Made by a program: the position numbers and the translations under genes. From Gemmatimonadota bacterium (GTDB lineage: Bacteria > Gemmatimonadota > Gemmatimonadetes > Gemmatimonadales > GWC2-71-9), in NCBI GenBank assembly GCA_046729675.1, contig JBKPGZ010000223.1:1-51971 (forward strand): a stretch of DNA of 51,971 nt, written 5' to 3'. Positions 47,709 to 51,971 of the stretch are shown here, piece by piece. The notes under the pieces were generated by a model. That model was not told the DNA's origin. It did no database searches and was given only the letters and a program-made list of their open reading frames with translations. The number at the start of each line of letters is the position of its first letter. The first letter of the stretch is position 1.

Positions 47709-47736
47709 CATCCCTCGCTGCGCTGCGGATGACAGG
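47709..47736. repeat. REP-like element, family 1, solo copy
   Basis: catccctcgctgcgctgcggatgacagg lies 12 nt downstream of the DUF1611 stop, in the same orientation as the copy at 1-26. Confidence 0.6.
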
Positions 47737-47758
47737 TAATGCGGTCGAATGATCCCAC

Positions 47759-48280
47759 ATGGCGCCTCGGCAGGCCCCATCGTGGGCCATGTTCCCCGGC
47801 TCTCCTGCCCGCATCCTCCCTACCTGGCCGCTCCAATCCATCCTCCCCCTGACCACGCGCGGCAGTCCGCTGGGCGTCTGGCTGCGTGGCTGCGTCCGGC
47901 CTCAGGCCGTCCGCTGCCGCGGCCCCAACGGCCCGCACCTTTTCCTGGTCTCAGACGATCTCGGCTACCTGCTGAGCCGCTGCGGCCGGGTGGCGCTGCG
48001 GGATGGCGAGGTGGTGCGAGCCGTGTCGGCCCGGGTGCTGGTCGGCTGCCGGGTGCTGGAAATCGTGCTCGCGACGCCCTACCTCCCGCCGCCGCACCAG
48101 CTCCGCCGCCTGTTCCCCGCAGCTCGTGTGGCCGAAGGCGTGGTCGCTCTCCCGCTCGGCCTGGGGTCGGCGGAGGAGGCGCTCGCGCTCTGCGCCGCCG
48201 AGCGGCTGGCGGTCTCCGCGACGCGAATCGCGTATCGTGGCCTCAGCGTTGACGCGCTCCCGGCGGGGTCTCTAGGTTAG
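47759..48280 (+). CDS. hypothetical protein (start uncertain)
   Basis: 173-aa ORF with strongly G/C-biased third positions. It ends 4 nt before the MscS GTG. No recognisable motif. Confidence 0.35.
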   Translation: MAPRQAPSWAMFPGSPARILPTWPLQSILPLTTRGSPLGVWLRGCVRPQAVRCRGPNGPHLFLVSDDLGYLLSRCGRVALRDGEVVRAVSARVLVGCRVLEIVLATPYLPPPHQLRRLFPAARVAEGVVALPLGLGSAEEALALCAAERLAVSATRIAYRGLSVDALPAGSLG

Positions 48281-48284
48281 GGCC

Positions 48285-49241
48285 GTGATCCGGCCTATCC
48301 TGACCTCGCTCGAGCTCGAACTGCAACGAAGTGTCGGCGACTTCCTCAGCCGCCTCGCCGAAATCCTCGAGATCAACGGCGAGACGCTGGTGCGCAACGG
48401 CGCGCGGGTCATCGGTATCTGGGTGCTCGCGTGGCTCGCGTACCGAGTGGTACGGCTGGCCGCCATCCGGATCGAGAAGGCGGTGGACGACGGTGACGAC
48501 TCGGTCACCACGCTCAGGGAGCGTCGCGGCAAGACCATCTCCCAGCTGCTCCGGAGCATGGGCCGAGTCGTCATCTACGCCATCGCCCTGCTCCTCACCT
48601 TCAACGTATTCATCGACATCGGTCCGATCCTCGCCGGCGCCGGCATCCTCGGCCTGGCGGTGTCGTTCGGCGCCCAGAGCCTGGTGAAGGACGTGATCTC
48701 CGGCTTCTTCATCCTGTTCGAGAACCAGTTCGCCATCGGTGACGTGATCGAAGCGGGGGGGAAGAGCGGTGTCGTCGAGAAGATGTCCATGCGGGTGGTC
48801 GTCCTGCGGGACATCCAGGGCGCCATGCACATCATCCCCAATGGCGAGATCAAGGTGGTCAGCAACATGACCCGCGGGTGGTCCCGGGCCGTGGTGGATG
48901 TCGGGGTGGGCTACGAGGAGGACGTGGACCGCGCGCTCGGGGTGGTCCGGGCGGAAGCCGCCAGCTTCTCCACCGATCCCGAGTGGGTTTCCCAGCTCGA
49001 TGGACCGGTCGAAGTGCCGGGCATCGAGTCCCTGGGCGACAGCGCCATGGTGATTCGCTCGCTCATCCGGACTCAGCCCGGATCGCAGTGGGCTGCCGCC
49101 CGCGAGTACCGCCGCCGGCTCAAGCTGCGCTTCGACCGGGAGAACATCGAGATCCCATTCCCGCAGCGGAAGGTCCACGTGCAGGTGGACGACAGCCCCC
49201 ACGACAGCCGTCTGAAGGCCGCCGGGGCGGCCGGCGGATGA
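48285..49241 (+). CDS. mechanosensitive ion channel (MscS family)
   Basis: 318 aa, GTG start. LAGAGILGLAVSFGAQSLVKDVISGFFILFENQFAIGDVI and VVLRDIQGAMHIIPNGEI are MscS hallmarks. Confidence 0.88.
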   Translation: MIRPILTSLELELQRSVGDFLSRLAEILEINGETLVRNGARVIGIWVLAWLAYRVVRLAAIRIEKAVDDGDDSVTTLRERRGKTISQLLRSMGRVVIYAIALLLTFNVFIDIGPILAGAGILGLAVSFGAQSLVKDVISGFFILFENQFAIGDVIEAGGKSGVVEKMSMRVVVLRDIQGAMHIIPNGEIKVVSNMTRGWSRAVVDVGVGYEEDVDRALGVVRAEAASFSTDPEWVSQLDGPVEVPGIESLGDSAMVIRSLIRTQPGSQWAAAREYRRRLKLRFDRENIEIPFPQRKVHVQVDDSPHDSRLKAAGAAGG

Positions 49242-50752
49242 GCCTCCAGCTCCACAACACCCTCACCCGCCGGATCGAGCCATTCGTCCCCCTGACGCCG
49301 GGGCGGGCCACGGTCTACACCTGCGGGCCCACGATCTACAACTACGCCCACATCGGGAACTTCCGGACCTTCCTGTTCGAAGACCTCCTCCGCCGGTGGC
49401 TGGAGGCGAGCGGGTACGAGGTCTTCCACATCATGAATCTCACCGACGTTGACGACCGGACCATCGACGCGGCGGTCAAGAAAGGCGTGACCCTCCGGCA
49501 GCACGTGGACCCGTTCGCCCGGGCGTTCGAGGAGGACCGGGACTGGCTCCGCATACGCCCGCCGCACGCCCAGCCGAGGGCCACGGAATACATCGGCCCG
49601 ATGATCGAGCTGATCACCGGGCTGCTGGAGAAGGGGGTCGCCTACAGGGGGGAGGACGGGTCGGTCTACTTCGCCATCGCGCGCTTCCCGGCATACGGCC
49701 GGCTCTCACAGCTCGATCGTCGCGAGCTCCGCGCCGGGGCCAGCGAGCGGGTCAGCACCGACGAATACGCCAAGGAGGACGCCCGGGACTTCGTGCTGTG
49801 GAAGGCGGTCAAGCCGGAGGACGAGGCCGTGGGTGCCGCGTGGGACGCGCCGTTCGGCCGGGGGCGCCCGGGGTGGCACATCGAGTGCTCGGCGATGGCG
49901 CTGGAGCTGATCCGGCGGAAGTGGGGGGTGGACGTTCTCGACATCCATGCCGGGGCGGTGGACCTGATCTTCCCCCATCACGAGGACGAGATCGCTCAGA
50001 GCTGTGCCTATACCGGCCGGGAGCACTTCGCCCGATACTGGCTGCACGGCGAGTTTCTCGACGTCGGCGGCACCAAGATGTCCAAGCGGTACGGCAATAT
50101 CCTGACCGTGCGCGACCTGCGGGAGCAGGGCGCCGACGCCGGTGCCGTCCGCCACCTCCTCTTCAACACCCACTACCGCCAGAAGCTGGACTGGCGCGAC
50201 GAGGCTCTCGCCGCCGCCCGCGAGGGCTCGGCCCGATTGGGCGCGTTCCGCGACCGGCTGGAGCTGGCCGCTGGGCCGGTGGACGACCCCGAAGCCGTGA
50301 CGGCCGCCGAGCGGTTCAGGGATGGGTTCGCGGGCGCGCTGGACAACGACCTCAACGCCCCTGAGGCCCTGGCGGCCCTGCACGTGCTCGTCCGCGAAGG
50401 AAACCGGCTGCTGGATGAGGGGCGTCGGCTGGGCCCCGCCTTCCGGGCCGCCTGGTCCCTGGCGGACGACGTCCTCGCCGTGGCCCCGACTACCCGGGCG
50501 AGGACAGTCGCCGCGGAGGTCCTGTCCGTGGCGGAAGAAGACGGCATACCGGTTCGCCCCCCCGAGGTGTCTCCGCCGGACGCCGCCGATGGTGAGGCCT
50601 GGGCGCTCCGGTGGGCCGCGGTTCGCGCCGCCGAGAAGCGGGCCCGGAACTTCGGAGAGGCGGACCGGATTCGGGATTTGCTGAAGGAGGCGGGGTGGGA
50701 GATCCGGGACCGACGAGATGGGGCGATCGAGGTCGTCAGACGCCCTCGATAG
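49238..50752 (+). CDS. cysS: cysteine--tRNA ligase
   Basis: 504 aa. ATG overlaps the MscS TGA (ATGA). YTCGPTIYNYAHIGNFRTF (HIGH), WHIECS and KMSKRYGN (KMSKS). Confidence 0.95.
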   Translation: MSLQLHNTLTRRIEPFVPLTPGRATVYTCGPTIYNYAHIGNFRTFLFEDLLRRWLEASGYEVFHIMNLTDVDDRTIDAAVKKGVTLRQHVDPFARAFEEDRDWLRIRPPHAQPRATEYIGPMIELITGLLEKGVAYRGEDGSVYFAIARFPAYGRLSQLDRRELRAGASERVSTDEYAKEDARDFVLWKAVKPEDEAVGAAWDAPFGRGRPGWHIECSAMALELIRRKWGVDVLDIHAGAVDLIFPHHEDEIAQSCAYTGREHFARYWLHGEFLDVGGTKMSKRYGNILTVRDLREQGADAGAVRHLLFNTHYRQKLDWRDEALAAAREGSARLGAFRDRLELAAGPVDDPEAVTAAERFRDGFAGALDNDLNAPEALAALHVLVREGNRLLDEGRRLGPAFRAAWSLADDVLAVAPTTRARTVAAEVLSVAEEDGIPVRPPEVSPPDAADGEAWALRWAAVRAAEKRARNFGEADRIRDLLKEAGWEIRDRRDGAIEVVRRPR

Positions 50753-51224
50753 TGGGCTGGATCCCGAGCATCCGCTGGGCTGCGCCGACCAGCGTCTCGG
50801 GGTTGTACGGCTTCGCCAGAAACGCCCAGTGCATCCGATCGAGTTGGGCAGGGTCGGCGAGACCGTCTACCCATCCCGAGACGAACAGCACGGGAATCCG
50901 AGGGTAGCGGGAGTGAATGCGGAGGGCCAGTTCCGGCCCCGACATGCCCGGCAGCCGGATGTCGATCACCATCAGGTCGGGGATCCGGCCGCCACTGAGC
51001 AACTCGAGGGCCTCGCCGGCATCCTGGGCGGGCAGGCAAACGTACCCCTCGAGTTCCAGCATTCGGCAGGTGGCGCGCTGGACGGTGGGCTCGTCCTCAA
51101 CGACCAGTATGAGTGGGGACACACCGAAGAATGTACGGCCGAGGGATCCTGGTAAATAGCCATTACCGCTCACCCTGTCGTTTGTAACATCAAGGCCGGC
51201 CCGCCGCCCTTCTGCTCTACCCAT
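50736..51224 (-). CDS. single-domain response regulator (CheY-like receiver); start uncertain
   Basis: ILVVEDEPTV ... DLMVIDIRLPGMSG ... VLFVSG ... FLAKPY. Either ATG 51224 or GTG 51122 (VSPLILVVEDE) is possible. The 3' end overlaps cysS by 17 nt (convergent). Confidence 0.8.
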   Translation of the reverse strand: MGRAEGRRAGLDVTNDRVSGNGYLPGSLGRTFFGVSPLILVVEDEPTVQRATCRMLELEGYVCLPAQDAGEALELLSGGRIPDLMVIDIRLPGMSGPELALRIHSRYPRIPVLFVSGWVDGLADPAQLDRMHWAFLAKPYNPETLVGAAQRMLGIQPTIEGV

Positions 51225-51281
51225 TGACGTGCCCTAACTTGCCTTCTATCATACGAGTCTGTCTTGGTTCGGCCTTTTTTG

Positions 51282-51354
51282 GCTGACGTAGCTCAATTGG
51301 CAGAGCACCTGTTTTGTAAACAGGCGGTTAGGGGTTCGATTCCCCTCGTCAGCT
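51282..51354 (+). tRNA. tRNA-Thr (anticodon UGU)
   Basis: Cloverleaf folded by hand: acceptor GCTGACG/CGTCAGC, D arm GCTC/GAGC, anticodon stem CCTGT/ACAGG with loop TTTGTAA, T arm AGGGG-TTCGATT-CCCCT. Confidence 0.9.
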
Positions 51355-51495
51355 CGGCGTATGCCGAAGCGCTGCATGCCCAAGGGCGCATGCCGAAGGT
51401 CAGTGCCGGCACTCGAATCCAATGTGGGACCCCGCTCCTGTTATCGGCGGGGTTCTGTCTCAGATGAGGGTGTGCGCAGGACCTCCTAGCGGTTG

Positions 51496-51580
51496 GGTGG
51501 GGTGACCGAGTGGCTAATGGTAGCAGACTGTAAATCTGCCGGGCTAACGCCCTACGTAGGTTCGAATCCTACCCCCACCA
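51496..51580 (+). tRNA. tRNA-Tyr (anticodon GUA), long variable arm
   Basis: Acceptor GGTGGGG/CCCCACC, anticodon stem GCAGA/TCTGC with loop CTGTAAA, long variable arm, T arm GTAGG-TTCGAAT-CCTAC. Confidence 0.9.
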
Positions 51581-51602
51581 TGGAGACGGGCGCCGGGCGT
51601 TC

Positions 51603-51675
51603 GCGGGTGTAGCTCAGTTGGTAGAGCATCAGCCTTCCAAGCTGAGGGTCGCGGGTTCGAGTCCCGTCGCCCGCT
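51603..51675 (+). tRNA. tRNA-Gly (anticodon UCC)
   Basis: Acceptor GCGGGTG/CGCCCGC, anticodon stem TCAGC/GCTGA with loop CTTCCAA, T loop TTCGAGT. Confidence 0.9.
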
Positions 51676-51720
51676 TCGTAGCGGAGGCGCAGCAGCAGTC
51701 GCAGGGAGCAGAGCGTCGTC

Positions 51721-51793
<73 letters not shown>

Positions 51794-51795
51794 TA

Positions 51796-51971
<176 letters not shown>

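Noticed and set aside
51264-51467. 67-aa ORF
   Set aside because: It overlaps tRNA-Thr(UGU) on the same strand, so it is an artefact of the tRNA sequence.

Overview
This is a high-GC (about 68-70% G+C by eye), gene-dense chromosomal segment from a diderm bacterium. Several traits suggest a Gemmatimonadota/Acidobacteriota-like soil or sediment organism: a giant Ser/Thr-kinase-TPR gene, intergenic REP-like elements whose spurious translations read ...HPERSEG..., many GTG starts overlapping upstream stops, and the conserved tRNA-Thr/Tyr/Gly/Thr-tuf block. That taxonomic guess is inference only, because no database search was possible. I can support about 50 protein genes, 4 tRNAs and several repeat or hairpin elements. 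Housekeeping anchors are gyrB, recF plus a DUF721 (DciA-like) gene, uvrA, cysS, glpK, mtnA and the 5' end of tuf. Two regions stand out. (1) At 19.4-31.4 kb there is a cytochrome island. It holds a four-gene minus-strand operon: a 9-heme lipoprotein cytochrome, a membrane-anchored cytochrome with about 20 heme motifs, a predicted beta-barrel and a 16-heme cytochrome. This operon is transcribed divergently from a variant System I maturation set: CcmE with CxxxY instead of HxxxY, CcmF, a Tat-signal CxCxC CcmH-like protein, and two zinc-ribbon membrane proteins. (2) At 43.8-46.5 kb there is a PspA/IM30 module: four tandem paralogous single-TM coiled-coil mini-proteins sharing the C-terminal motif ERVDFAERxL, a YbjN-like chaperone-fold protein and pspA. 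Other observations are two disrupted genes (a kinase frameshift, and a cyclase with an amber codon plus a frameshift), two families of palindromic intergenic repeats, a 200-nt inverted-repeat-bounded element upstream of gyrB, and an AT-rich bidirectional terminator. I recognised no transposase, integrase, CRISPR array, restriction-modification or toxin-antitoxin genes. All functional calls rest on motif and architecture recognition by eye. Starts were re-derived from the sequence because the ORF track reports the longest ATG/GTG/TTG ORFs.
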